A DNA stretch of 64,000 bases from Octopus sinensis. Taxonomy: Eukaryota. The DNA is taken from assembly GCF_006345805.1 (NCBI RefSeq), contig NC_043022.1, forward strand, positions 620,001-684,000, in the 5' to 3' direction. The notes under the pieces were generated by a model that was given only the letters and a program-made list of their open reading frames with translations, made no database searches and was not told the origin of the DNA. Below, piece after piece: positions 1 to 12,368 of the stretch. The first letter of the stretch is position 1. Every line of letters begins with the position of its first letter. The translations under genes and the position numbers were made by a program.

Positions 1-200
1 ATGTATGTATATATATATACATACATATATATATACACATACATATATATATCTACATACATACATACATACATATATATATACATACATATATATATAT
101 ACATATATATACATATATATATATACATATATATATAACATATATATAATACATATATATATATACATATATATATAATATACATACATATTATATATAC

Positions 201-250
<50 letters not shown>

Positions 251-355
251 ATACATATATATACATATACATATATATATGTATGTATGTATATATATGT
301 ATGTATCTATATATGTATACGTATATATATATGTATGTATATATATATGTGTGTG
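1..355. repeat. (TA)n/(TACA)n compound microsatellite
   Basis: Direct reading of the sequence. Confidence 0.95.
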
Positions 356-739
356 TCAGTGCACAAACTGTGTGTTTATTTCTATGCTATCAAATGTGTT
401 CATTCGGTGTGGGTGTATATAGTTGTATATAGTGGCAGATACATTTCCCACCGTCATTAATGGAGATGATGACGGCTATAAAAACACAATTTATTATTGT
501 TATTTTTTAAGTTAAATATATATCCTCATTAAAGCTAATTTATAATTATGGGCGATGTTTATTGTTGTTGGTTGTCGCCGTTGCGTTATTGTATATCGAT
601 AGGTTTTCTTTTCTTTTCTTTTTTTCTTTCTTTATTTTTTACTTCGTCGTTTTCGAGTTCGAACCCGGTGGAAGGTAGTGAGACGTGAGTGAGAATCGGC
701 AGCTTGTCTCATGTTCGGTCTTTTCACCTCGAGATAAAT

Positions 740-950
740 GTGTGTGTGTGTAGAGAGAGAGAGAGAGATAGATAGATAGATAGATATGTGTATATATGTG
801 TGTGTGTATGTGTATGTACATATGTATGTATATATATATATGTTTATATATGTATGTGTGTGTATATATATGTTTATGTATATGTGTCAGCATGGCCGCA
901 GCTCTGAGCTGAAACTAGAAAAAATAAAAGTTTATGTATATATATATATA

Positions 951-997
<47 letters not shown>

Positions 998-1245
998 GTG
1001 TATATATATATATATGTCTGTATATATATATGTGTGTGTGTGTATATATATTATATATATATATATGTGTGTGTGTATATATATATATATGTGTGTGTGT
1101 GTTTATATATATATGTGTGTGTTTATATATATATGTGTGTATATATATATGTATATATATGTGTTTATATATATGTATATATATGTGTGTGTGTGTGTAT
1201 ATGTATGTATATATATATGTATGTATGTGTGTGTGTATGTATGTT
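740..1245. repeat. (TG)n/(GA)n/(GATA)n/(TA)n compound microsatellite
   Basis: Direct reading; explains the YIYI/CVCV pseudo-ORFs. Confidence 0.95.
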
Positions 1246-1472
1246 CCCTCGGCTTCGCAGTGACCTGCTGTCCATGAAGCTAAGCTTTTTCTTACTCTAT
1301 GACCGGACATAGACTTAACTCCATATATACGTATGTGTCTCTCTCTCTCTCTATACATTGTTTTGCTCGCAGATTGTCATATTTTACCAACCAAATAAAT
1401 ACAAACACCATAATATTTGGTCTTCTTAGCTTTTTTGTTATTTTAGTTTTTTTACTCTTTCGTCTTTCGTCT

Positions 1473-1797
1473 ACCACATGGTTCCGGGTTCAATCCCACC
1501 GCGTAGCACCTTCTATGTCTTCTACTATAGAATTAGGCATTGTCAGTGGATTTGGTCGACTGAAAGCGAAAGAAGCCCGTCGTGTATATATGTGTGTGTG
1601 TGTGTGCATCTCGTGATAACCGGTGTTGGTTTATTTACGCTCCCGTAAACTGAGCAGTTCGGCAAAACAGTTGATGGAGTCAGTATGACGCTTTAAAAAA
1701 AAACATAGTACCGTGTCGTTTTGTTTGATTAGAAATCTTCGAGGTGGTGCTCCAGTATGGCAGAGGTCGAATGACTGAAATAAATCGAAGTGAAAAA
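1473..1797 (+). mobile_element. tRNA-derived SINE family A (Octopus-type), diverged copy
   Basis: B-box-like GGTTCAATCCC, body GTGGATTTGGT..GAAAGAAGCCCGTCG, internal microsatellite and tail GTGCTCCAG.ATGGC..AATGACTGAAA shared with >15 copies in the window. Confidence 0.8.
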
Positions 1798-2176
1798 TCT
1801 AATGATCATCAGTCACTGTGGTCATTAGTCTCATCGTTGTTTTATTCATTATTCTTCTGAAGAGAGACCGGGGGGGGCGGTTGGACATTTCATTCATTGC
1901 GTCTTGGTTATATAATAAACTCCTTCGATTTATTTGTGATGCGAAACAAATGATGAGGAACGGAGAGCTATGCTAGAAATAACAGTTAAACCTCCTTCGC
2001 TTTCTTTGCCCCTCTAATCTCACTACCCTCCCGCCATAAATTTAAAAAACGGAACGAAGGGTACATTGGGTGAGTGTTAGTCTTAGACAGACATTCCAAG
2101 ACGAGATGTCTGTCACGACCTGAATATTATTTGATAATGTCTGCTCCATCACAACTGACTTCACACCAAACAATAG

Positions 2177-2670
2177 ACATGCACACACACACACGTACAT
2201 ACATACACACACACGTACATACATACACACACACGTACATACATACATACACATACATACGTACACACATACATACATACATACATACATACGTACACAC
2301 ATCATACATACATACATACACACACACGTACACACATACATACGTACACACATACACCAGATACATACACATACGTAGGCACACACATATGTAGGTATCT
2401 ATTGATAGATAGATAGTGATAGACAGATACAGATTGGTAGATAGACAGAGAGACAGATATGTAGACAGACAGATAGGTAGATAGATAGACAGATAGATAG
2501 GTAAGTAGATAGATAGGTAGATATATAGATAGATAGACAAATGGATAGATATATAGGTAGGTAGATAGATAGACAGATAGATGGATAGGTAGACAAATGG
2601 ATAGATAGATAGATAGACAGATAGATATAGATAGACAAATGGAAAGATAGATAGATGGATGTGTAGTATC
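2177..2670. repeat. (CATA)n/(CA)n then (GATA/GACA)n microsatellite
   Basis: Direct reading. Confidence 0.95.
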
Positions 2671-2823
2671 CATGTTCTCGTCACCTTTTCTCGTCTCTGG
2701 TGTCTCGAAATCTTTCTTGTTTCCCTCTTATTTCATCTTATATTTCTTTAATTATTAATTTCTAAAAACAAATTTCTTATTTTATCCATCTCACATTCCT
2801 CTCTCTTTCAGCCTCTCTCTCTC

Positions 2824-2868
<45 letters not shown>

Positions 2869-3100
2869 TTTTCGATTCCATCTAATTATGTCAATTCAAA
2901 CCTTCACCATTCCACTCTCTTCATCGTTATCCATCTGCAATAAAAGATGTCCGCGTTGGAAACCGAACGACTCGAATGAATGAAAGGAGAAAATGTAGGA
3001 AGGAGCAGCAGCGATGCCATTTATGTGGCTGTGTGTGATTGAGAGAAACACACGTATTTACATACAGGTGTGTGTGTGTGTGTATCATCATCATATATAT

Positions 3101-3343
3101 ATTAGAGAGAGATGTTTGTGTATGTATTGTGTGTACATTATATACATATATAGACGACGTTAGCATAAATGTGTATATATATATATGTATATGTATATGA
3201 ATGTATATATATATTAGAGAAATGTTTATGTATATATGTGTGTACATTATATACATATATAGACGACGTTAGCATATATATATATTAGAGATGTTTGTGT
3301 ATGTATTTGTGTACATTATGTACAATATATAGACGACGTCAGC

Positions 3344-3344
<1 letters not shown>
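3101..3344 (+). repeat. Three tandem copies of a ~62-66 bp unit ending TAGACGACGT(T/C)AGCAT
   Basis: Copies at ~3101-3166, 3213-3274 and 3284-3344, separated by TA tracts. Confidence 0.85.
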
Positions 3345-3375
<31 letters not shown>

Positions 3376-3583
3376 GTATGTATGCATTTTATATTTGTTA
3401 TTTTATATACATATGTATATATATATATCCTTTTTATAAATATAAGTATTCATTATATACATTTTCCTGTATATATGTGTGTGTATATATATATATATAT
3501 ATATACGTATGTATACACACACTCATGTATGTCAGTATATATCTATTTGAATGTAAATATACAAGTATATATGTACACATGTG

Positions 3584-3623
<40 letters not shown>

Positions 3624-3735
3624 TGCAAATTTGTGGTGCACCTGAGCACTGTATACAATAATTTCATTATATATATGTGTATATGTATCTATATATCCAT
3701 ATTTGTAAGAATAAATTTGCATGTGTGTGTGTGTG

Positions 3736-3771
<36 letters not shown>

Positions 3772-3842
3772 GTGTACATATATACTTGTATTTCTGTGAG
3801 TATGTACACGCACACACGCATACATACATATATATATATATA

Positions 3843-3899
<57 letters not shown>

Positions 3900-4324
3900 T
3901 GTGTATGTGTGTGTGTGTACAGCTTTACATTGACCTACACGTGTTTCAACTACACAAATTAGTAGCAATTGCAAGCCTACTTTGATACCAGTGTGTGTGT
4001 GTATATATGTATGTAATTTCATTGAGGAAAAGAGAAGTCAATTTAATGTTATGATCGTTTCCATAAACGAATGTTGTTTATGACCTGGCATACCACGTAT
4101 AAAGTTATGCAATATATGTAATAACCTTACTGATCTTCCACTTCCTCAGGCATCAATAGTGAGGTGATCGCCCAGATTTTACTTATCCTCCCAATTATTA
4201 TGCCTGTGTTTGTGTTTCCTCTGTTCTAATTGAGTATCACCATGTTACAAAAGGTGTCATTCCTATCCAGTTTTCTGCAGGATATATCCGTGAGGGTACA
4301 TCTCTCATTTGTCTGAGCATCACC

Positions 4325-4607
4325 CTTTTGTGAGGTTGTGAGTTCGATTCCTGGACTGGGCTGTGTGTAGTAATCTCGAGCAAGACACTTTATTTCATGT
4401 TGCTCCAACTCAGCTGTAAAAATAAGTTGCAACATCGCTGGTGCCAAGCCTGTATCGGTCCCTTTGCCTTTCCCTTGGACAACATTGATGGTGTGGAGAG
4501 AGGAGACTTGTATGCATAGGTCACTGCTGGTCTTTCACAAACAATATTGCCCAGATTTGTGCCTCAGAGGTACAATCTAATAGTCATTCAACTGAAAGGG
4601 GTCTTTA
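4325..4607 (+). mobile_element. tRNA-derived SINE family B
   Basis: GAGTTCGATTCC B box and GAGCAAGACACTTTATTTCA core; homologous to 47036-47380 and 60236-60580. Confidence 0.8.
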
Positions 4608-4709
4608 TTAATAGATAGATAGGTATACATATATATGTGTGTGTTTCTGTGTGTACAGTCACCATGATAGATCGGTAGCCACTGCACACATTTTTTTTCT
4701 CTCCTTGTT

Positions 4710-4747
4710 TCTTTCTGTGGAAGAGCGTAGGCTCGAAACGTAAAAGA
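4710..4747 (+). ncRNA. Minimal type I hammerhead ribozyme, core variant (CUGUGGA)
   Basis: Stem I TCTTT/AAAGA; core CTGTGGA(A); stem II GAGC-gtag-GCTC; GAAA; palindromic ACGT stem III; GUA cleavage triplet. Confidence 0.75.
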
Positions 4748-4836
4748 CTTTTTCAATTCCTGAGCGTAATACTAATATATCTGTTTGTTTTGTACACCAC
4801 CTGTCTTTGTCTTTTGTTTTTTTCGTGAATTCTCCC

Positions 4837-4870
<34 letters not shown>

Positions 4871-5221
4871 ATATATATACACACATACAGATATGTATAT
4901 AGACAAATGAATGTGCTTGTACATATTACTTATATATGTATATATGTATGTACATTTATGTGTGTATAGATTTTCATTGAAGATTACTAATTAAGAACAC
5001 TGTTTGTGTTGTCAAGGCAAAAGGCATACATGCTTGTGTGTGTGTGTGTGTGTGTGGTTCAGTTTCCCTGCACCCAGTTCACTAACGAGGTAATAGTCAT
5101 CTTGCAGTTATAATAGAAGAAACTTACCTGAGACGCCATTCAATGTGACCATCTCTGATAGAACTGGTTAGGAATCAACCTTCTTTACCACACACATCAC
5201 ACACACACACACATGTTTTTG

Positions 5222-5460
5222 CATCATCATTATCGTCATTTCGACATTCACCTCCTTCTATGCTTGCATTGGCGAGAGGCAGTCAGTTGAGACAGATGAC
5301 CTCTGGTCTGATGCCCTTCCTGTCACCAGCCCTCATTTGTTTCCAAGTAATTCCATGTCTTCCCTTTGCCTGTCATGTATTTACAGAAGATTGGAAACAA
5401 AAAGACACCACTGATAGGATGGTGACACTTGCTTACAATTACCACACACTATCAAGACTA
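5222..5460 (-). mobile_element. SINE family F with (GAT)n tail
   Basis: Reverse complement of the 19325-19555 and 38445-38675 copies; ends ..ATGTCGAAATGACGATAATGATGAT. Confidence 0.7.
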
Positions 5461-5645
5461 GGACACATACACACAAGCTACTTTCACTTCTATCTGCCAT
5501 ATTCTCTTACTAGGCTTTGAGCAGCTCAGGTCCATAGTAGAAGACATTTGTCTGGGGCAACACACAATGTCACTGAACCTAAAACCATGTGGTTGAAAAG
5601 TGACCCACTACCCTACTTGTGTCTGAGACCACATAACTATATATA

Positions 5646-6528
5646 CAGGGTGTGGGGAATAAACTGTTGTCTAAATTATGCTAAAATTAAAATAACCCTG
5701 ACATCTCATTTGCACAGATTACATAAAAATATTTTGAATTAACAAAATTACATAAAAATATCTTGAAATACTAAAGAGTAAACTTATTCAATAAAATCGC
5801 CATTGGCTTCAACCACAGCTCCCAAATGATGTCAGAATCTCCTGCAATTCTTCTGGATGGTCTCCTTGTTTAAATTGGTGAATGCCGCTATAATATTTGC
5901 TTTCACTTCATCTTTGGTGTTACAAGGAGTCTTGTTGGTCTCTCGCTCAAATGCACTCCACACATAATAATGAAGGGGGCTGCAATCTAGGGAGTTAGGT
6001 AGCCAGATGTTAGAGGTGATGTGGTTGCAGAAATTGTCTGACAGCCATGACTAGGTTCTCCTGCTTGTGTGGTAAGGTGCAGAGTCCTGCTGACAGACAT
6101 AGGGTCTTCCAGCAGCCACCCTCTTCACCCAGAGGGGCACTACTTCCTCCAGGTATTTGATGTAGACTTCCATGTTGAGTATGAGGCCGTGTGGGAATAT
6201 GAATGGAGGCATAACATTGCCATCACTAGTGATCACTCCAACACCATGATGTTGATTGGATGTTTGATTTTTGTCACTCTCGGTACACGTCCTCAGATTG
6301 ACACCCAAACACTCTGAAATGTTCATATTGGAGCTTCTGCCACGAATACCAAGCAGTGCAGCATGTTGTTTCCAAATTTCTGGCAGAGTGAATTGCATCA
6401 TGGTGGTGTTTTTCTCACAGACAGTGCCCAAATGACCCTACTATACTGTGTAGTCAACAAAATCAAAAACAAACAATTCGCATGCGTGAAATAAAAAATA
6501 TATTAGACAATTTACCCAACACACTCTG
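5646..6528 (-). mobile_element. Internally deleted Tc1/mariner element of DD37D (maT) type
   Basis: Degenerate TIRs CAGGGTGTG..TGTCTAA / TTAGACAA..CACACTCTG with TA on both sides; translation ..GVITSDG..QQDSAPYH(T)..*..WLPNSLDCSPLHYYVW has 37 residues between D2 and the D3 position (D3 changed to H); one stop; HTH and first D deleted. Confidence 0.85.
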
Positions 6529-6568
6529 TATATATGTGTGTGTATCTATATAAATTTATTTATGTATG

Positions 6569-6604
<36 letters not shown>

Positions 6605-6605
6605 C

Positions 6606-6643
<38 letters not shown>

Positions 6644-7461
6644 TATATATTATAACATTGATACCCCATTACTGTCAAACATGTTGCATTCTAACTTGCC
6701 CCTTTGTTGTATGAAACACCTGTTGTGTGTTGGGTAACTAATGCCTACTAAACTGCCCCTTTCATTCTTCTTATGCTGTTGGCCATTTTCTTTCAGTACC
6801 TGGTTCTCTCTTTTCTCCAGAGAGAACTGTTTCATGAGATCATTGACAAGATTTGCCCATGATTGCCCTTGTTCCCAACTCCTTGGCAAAACATTGGGCT
6901 TGAAAGACAGATTTTCTTTCATTTTTCGGCTAAACTGGCCTCATTTCTCAGTCTGGTAGAAGTGAGATTTCTCTATTCTGCTTTCATGTAACCCACCGAT
7001 TTCATTTAGGCACTTGTTTCAGCCAAAGTTAGTGAAGTACAATATCCAATCTCATAACTCTCTTGATGATGGTCTGTGTCATTTTTACGCACTGGAAGAT
7101 CCATTGTGCCCTCTCAGTTGTCCACTTCACCCAATAAGCTTGGTTTCCATGTTCTGAGTGGCACAGTTCCTTCCACAGTTTTACGCAAACTGTCCTACAG
7201 ATCATTAACGGAGCTTCTGGTGGCATAGCCCTTCCTCTTGCTGTATAAATTGCATTTACATCCTGTTTAACCTGGTCATTACCACATTTCTCTTAAATTA
7301 CATTGCTTTTGTTTCAAAAAGTTTTGCAAATAACGAAGAATCTATGAAAATAACATTGTCACGATTAAGTGTTTGGATTATAAATTAGCATGAAATTTTG
7401 GAGGAGGGTCACCATTTAGATCACTTTAAAACAGGGGGTTTTTATTGTAGAAGTGGGTTGG

Positions 7462-7668
7462 CCGTTTAGCATTTAAACCAGCCATATCTGGGCCAAAATA
7501 TTCAATCTGTTTAATGTTCAAACTGACCAGATCTGACTTCTCACACCAACCCTACAATATCATTCTAAAACAGTAATACTCAAGATAATTCATGATTAAT
7601 TCAAAACAATGTAAATAAAAAAAGCATTATTTTTTTTCATAGAATAATATGAATGCTAAAAGGTTAAG
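7462..7668. mobile_element. piggyBac-like MITE (CCCTTTAGCATT family), diverged
   Basis: CCGTTTAGCATTTAAAC..AATGCTAAAAGG-TTAA ends; reverse complement of 35748-35988. Confidence 0.7.
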
Positions 7669-8527
7669 CATTTAGTTGTGCCTCGAGAAGTAACCCTTAT
7701 GAGCTTGTGCTCATAACAGATCAGGGCATACAGGGTTATCTGATTTCAGTCGTTTCACAAGGTAGATACACACACACACACACACACGTGTTTCAAGGGC
7801 AAGAGGTCATATACAAACTTCAGAATGAATCTGACTCTAAGAGGAGCCAAGTGTCATTTCAATTGGTTCTTCTTTAGAGTACTCTCTCTCATGCTGTCCA
7901 TTGTCTCCAATGGCCCCTGCTGGACTGCCTTCTGGATTCTTTCGCCACCCTCTTCTCTTTTCACCTCCTCTGTTACCATCCCTCCTTCTCCTGAACTGAC
8001 CATTTTAAGCTAGATTGATCTCAAAACCTTGACTTGGTCAGCCCTGGGCTATAGTAGAAGACACTCAACCAAGGTGCCATGCAGTGGGACTGAACCCAGT
8101 TATATATACCTATTTCCTGCAAGCTCTGCCAGGTGCTTGGTTTCATTTTCCCCTTTTTGTATTGTTCAAGAAGTCATCATACCAGCTCTTGACTGGTTCA
8201 GATACCACCGTTTGAATGGGTTGGCTGGATACCACAAACAGGACCTCATCAGCCGCTTTCTCCTTCCGAGTCTGCATGGGTCAGACAGAGTTTATTGAGA
8301 CAGATGTTCTGGAACCAAATGCCCTTCCTATCTCCAAGTAAGGTAATATTTCCCCATAACTGGACAGGTTTCCTACTGAAGATTCAAAAGCAAATGACAC
8401 TCCTTGAATGATAGAGACTTACATTTGTAACTATTAAGCAATATTAAGACTAGGAGACCCAAACACACGCATCTCTCTCTCTCACATACATACACACAAA
8501 CACACTTCTTTCAGGTTACCTTTATGC

Positions 8528-9038
8528 CAGTGGTTCACAACCAGGGTCCATGTAAAATTTACTTGTTAAAATTTATGTGATAAATTAGTTATGCTTCTAC
8601 AATACATGTGGAGGTGCGTGGCTTAGTGGTTAGGGTGTCAGCATCATGATCGTAAGATTGTGATTTCGATTCCTGGACCGGGCGATGCGTTGTGTTCTTG
8701 AGCAAAACACTTCATTTCACGTTGCTCCAGTCCACTCGGCTGGCAAAAATGAGTAACACTGCGATGGACTGGCGTCCCGTCCAGCTGAGGAACACATACG
8801 CCATAGAAACCGCGAAACCGGGCCCATGAGCCTGGCTGGGCTTTAAAAAGGGCGCATTTATTTATTTATTTTCTACAGTACACAAAACATTTTAGCAATC
8901 TTTTTCATACAATCCCTAATAATATTTAATAATAAAAATATAATAGGGTATTTTAAACATTGACTTGTTATGAGGGTTCCACTCAGATAAAATGGGAATC
9001 AGAGGAGTCCATGGGTAAAAAATGGTTGAGAAACACTG
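8528..9038. mobile_element. hAT-like MITE with a nested SINE
   Basis: TIRs CAGTGGTTCACAACC / GGTTGAGAAACACTG; imperfect 8-bp TSD CTTTATGC / CTTTATAT. Confidence 0.75.
8607..8870 (+). mobile_element. Near-intact tRNA-derived SINE family C with (ATTT)n tail
   Basis: A box TGGCTTAGTGG, B-box-like TTCGATTCC, retained CpGs, 12-bp TSD TTCTACAATACA (8595-8606) / TTCTACAGTACA (8871-8882). Confidence 0.9.
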
Positions 9039-9309
9039 CTTTATATCATATCCACTCCTAAGGCTTTGGTCGGCCAAGTAGAAGACACTTGCCCAAGGTG
9101 TCACTCAGTGGGACTGAACCTGACACCATGAGGTTGGGAAACGGTCTTCTTAAATATACAAGGTTCAGTCCTACTATGTGGCACCTAGGGCAATGATCTT
9201 CTGCCATAGTCCCAGGCCAAACAAAGCTTTGTAAGGGGATTTGGGGGATAAACTAAAAGAAGCCTAATATATAGGTGTGTGTGTGTGTGTGTGTATGGTA
9301 GTGAAATCA

Positions 9310-9600
9310 TCATGGCTGGTGCCAGTACTGCCTGATTGGCACCTCTGCCGGTGGCACATAAAAAGCACCATTTAAGTGTGGTTGATGCCTGTGCCACCTG
9401 ACTGGCACCTGTGCTGGTGGCATGTAAAAAGTACCCACTACACTCGTGGAGTGGTTGGCATTAGGAAGGGCATCAAGCTGTAGAAACCTTACCAGATCAG
9501 ATTGGAGCGTGGTGCAACCTCCTGGCTCGCCAGTCCTCAATCAAACCGTCCAACTCATGTCAGCATGGAAAGCAGACGTTAAATGATTATGATGATGATT
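9310..9600 (+). mobile_element. SINE family E with GTTAAA(C/T)GATGATGAT tail
   Basis: Repeated GGCAC(A/G)TAAAAAGCACC motifs and GTGGTTGGCATTAGGAAGGGCATC; RTE-like tail; several copies in the window. Confidence 0.8.
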
Positions 9601-9637
9601 GGTATATATTATGTATACCATTTATATTAGTTGAACT

Positions 9638-9860
9638 GATGTCCTCATCTTGATTGTTGCTCTCACTCCATTTCAGCTGTTGTATGCTCCGGTCTTCTTC
9701 AGGTGTCTTGTATTGAACTCACTTGTTGTATCAAAACAAGTGTACCTCCATGGATCAAATCAGGGGTTAGGTTCGAAATTCCGATACAACAACTGAGTTG
9801 CAGACAAGACACCTGAAGAAGGTTGGAGCAGACAAAAGCAACAACCAAGATGAGAACATC
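9638..9860. mobile_element. Inverted pair of HHR-bearing pLTR-like fragments
   Basis: Arms 9638-9732 and 9783-9860 are reverse complements; decayed HHR on the minus strand at 9664-9706; CTGAAGA at 9813-9819 on the plus strand. Confidence 0.7.
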
Positions 9861-10086
9861 AATTTGACTAGTACAAACAGTAGATATAATACGAATTCTT
9901 CATCTCAGAAATATCGTATTGTATTTGATGTCTGTATTTGTCTCTGTTCAAATATCTGTTACTAGTCGCTCTGAGTTATTTCTCTTGGTACATTTCTGTT
10001 TAATTTATGCAAATTACGTAAGCCATAAATACATTCTAGTCATTTCGTATAAGCCCCTAGGTCTGTTGGCTTCTGGAGATAGGTTA

Positions 10087-10146
10087 GGGGCAATTGTTGT
10101 GCTGATGAATCCTATTGAGGCAGAAACATGTGCTCACAACTGCCCT
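10087..10146 (+). ncRNA. Decayed type I hammerhead ribozyme
   Basis: GGGC..TTGTG-CTGATGA-atCCT attg AGGca-GAAA-catgtgct-CACAA.CTGCCC; mismatches in stem II and at the cleavage triplet. Confidence 0.6.
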
Positions 10147-10357
10147 CTTCAGACAATAAACCTGTCATTTTTCTTGAAGGCATGTCAACTTTGGAAAATT
10201 CCTTGAGATTAGTTCCCCATCTCATATGAAGCCAGCCTTAATTGGCATTTGGTCATTAAGACACATCCTCTGCTGATAAAGATAATTTTAATGAATCAAG
10301 AATTCATATTGTCTGGTATGTGATATACCTGCATTTGCCTATATGTATGTATGCATA

Positions 10358-10762
10358 TACTCTTTTATTTGTTTCAGTCATTTGACTGCGGCCATGCTGG
10401 AGCACCGCCTTTAGTCGAGCAAATCGACCCAAGGACTTATTGTTTGCAAGCCTAGTACTTATTCTATCAGTCTCTTTTGCTGAACTGCTAAGTTACAGGG
10501 ACATAAACACACCAGCATCGGTTGTCAAGCGATGTTGGGTGGGGTAGACAAACACAGACACAAAAACATATACACACACACACACATATATATATATACG
10601 ACAAGCTTCTTTCAGTTTCCGTCTACCAAATCCACTCACAAGGCTTTGGTCAGCCCGAGGCTATAGTAGAAGACACTTGCCCAAGGTGCCACGCTGCGGG
10701 ACTGAACCTGGAACCATGTGGTTCGTAAGCAAGTTACTTACCACACAGCCACTCCTACGCCT
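10358..10762 (-). mobile_element. Near full-length SINE family A
   Basis: Complete head to tail; tRNA-like head AGGCGTAGGAGTGGCTGTGTGG..GGTTCAGTCCC on the minus strand. Confidence 0.9.
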
Positions 10763-11004
10763 ATGTATGTGTGTTAGGTAAATGTGTGTATATGCAAGCA
10801 GTTTCCATTCTTTGGAAGCATGTGAAACCACGAGGACATATCTTGCTTAGAAAGAGGTGAGGGCTTGGCAACAGGACAGTTACGTCCGTAGAAAATTTGA
10901 ATCAGTTAATTTTTACTTGACCCCTGTAAGAATAGAAAACTGGGTGTTGAAACAATGCTGCTGTCAATGTGTGTGTAGACTAACATACAATTATATAGTC
11001 ATCC

Positions 11005-11333
11005 ATGAGAAACTGGCATTCCGTTGTTTATGACAATGAGGGTCCCAGCTGATCCGATCAATGGAACAGCCTGCTCGTGAAATTAACGTGCAAGCGGCTG
11101 AGCAACACACCTCAGGCATGCGTACCCTAAATGTAGTTCTCAGGGAGATTCAGTGTGACACAGAGTGTGACAAGGCTGGCTCCCTTTGTATTACAGGTAC
11201 AATCCAGTTGAGTGAAGTGGAGTAACATGAAATAAAGTGTCTTGCTCAAGAACACAGTGCACTGCCAGATGTCAAACTCATGACCTTACAATTTTGAGCC
11301 AGATGCCCTAACCTCTAAGCCACACGTCTTCAT
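11005..11333 (-). mobile_element. SINE family D
   Basis: Homologous to 32985-33371 (GGTCCCAGCTGAT..GAAATTAACGTGCAAG); tRNA-like head at the high-coordinate end. Confidence 0.75.
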
Positions 11334-11899
11334 ATATTCACACACACACATATGTAGGCATGGCTGTATAGTTAAGATAATCACTTCCCAACAAGGTGGT
11401 TTCAGGTTCAGTCCTACTGCAGAGTACTTTGGGCAAGTGCCTTCTACTGTAGCCCCAGGGGCCAATGAAAATGTGAGTGTGTGTGTGTCTCCTATTGTAA
11501 ATGAGTATCAGTGATACTCATTTAGAAGATGCTCTTCATTTATGATCTTCCATAAAATAATATCTATTCATACCTCGCCTTCAAATAAGTTGAGTGTTGG
11601 TGACAGGAAGAGCATCTGGCTGTAGAAAATCTACCTTGACAAATTGCATCTGATCCATGTAAACAAGGAAAAGTTGACATTGAAATGATGATGACGATGA
11701 ACATGATACACACACACACACACATGTTTTGATATTTATATATAAGTGGAGCACTTGTTGGCTCTATCCTAGTATGTACCAGATGTACTCTGCAACTGCC
11801 TTTCTCCTCCCATCTCTCACTAATGTTATATGTAAAATAGAAACATTATATGTATTTATGTGTATGAGTGTATAACATGGAAATGTATATATATATATA

Positions 11900-12060
11900 T
11901 TATATGGTACAAAAAGAAAAAGAAAGGGAAGATAAAGGAAGAAATACTTAGCGTATTAGGTTTACGCTCAGGAAAAATAAGAAGCCTTTAGTGTTTTAAA
12001 CCTACGCTCTTGTGTGGCAAGGATAGATGAGGAGAGAGAGAGAGAAAAAAACAGAAATGA
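11900..12060 (-). mobile_element. Heavily decayed copy of the HHR repeat family at 4655-4840/46745-46972
   Basis: Minus strand AGAGCGTAGG, TAAAGG and TTCCTGAGCG (11965-11974); catalytic core destroyed. Confidence 0.55.
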
Positions 12061-12149
12061 AAGAACAAATGTGTTTCAATTTAGACGGTCACGGCAAACA
12101 AAAAATATATACATACACACACACACATAAAATTGGGAAAAAGTATGTT

Positions 12150-12368
12150 TTATTACCCACAAGGGGCTAAACATAGAGGGGACAAAAAAGAACAGACAAA
12201 CGAATTAAGTCGATTATATCGACCCCAGTGCGTAGCTGGTACTAAATTTATCGACCCCGAAAGGGTGAAAGACAAAGTCGACCTCGGCGGAATTTGAACT
12301 CAGAACGTAACGGCAGACGATATATATACGGTTACGCATTTCGCCCAGCGTGCTAATGGTTCTGCCAG
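12150..12368 (-). mobile_element. SINE family G (Meta-domain-like central region)
   Basis: Minus strand GAGTTCAAATTCC B box then GTCGACTTTGTCTTTCACCCTTTCGGGGTCGATAAA..GTACCAG. Confidence 0.8.

Noticed and set aside
6640-7260. Possible coding relic next to the mariner element
   Set aside because: No recognisable motif in any frame I translated; needs tblastx
8607-8680. tRNA-like heads with A/B boxes, here and in other SINEs
   Set aside because: They continue into SINE bodies and do not form complete tRNA cloverleaves
8786-8815. CTGAGGA..GAAA inside SINE family C
   Set aside because: No helix II; part of the SINE body
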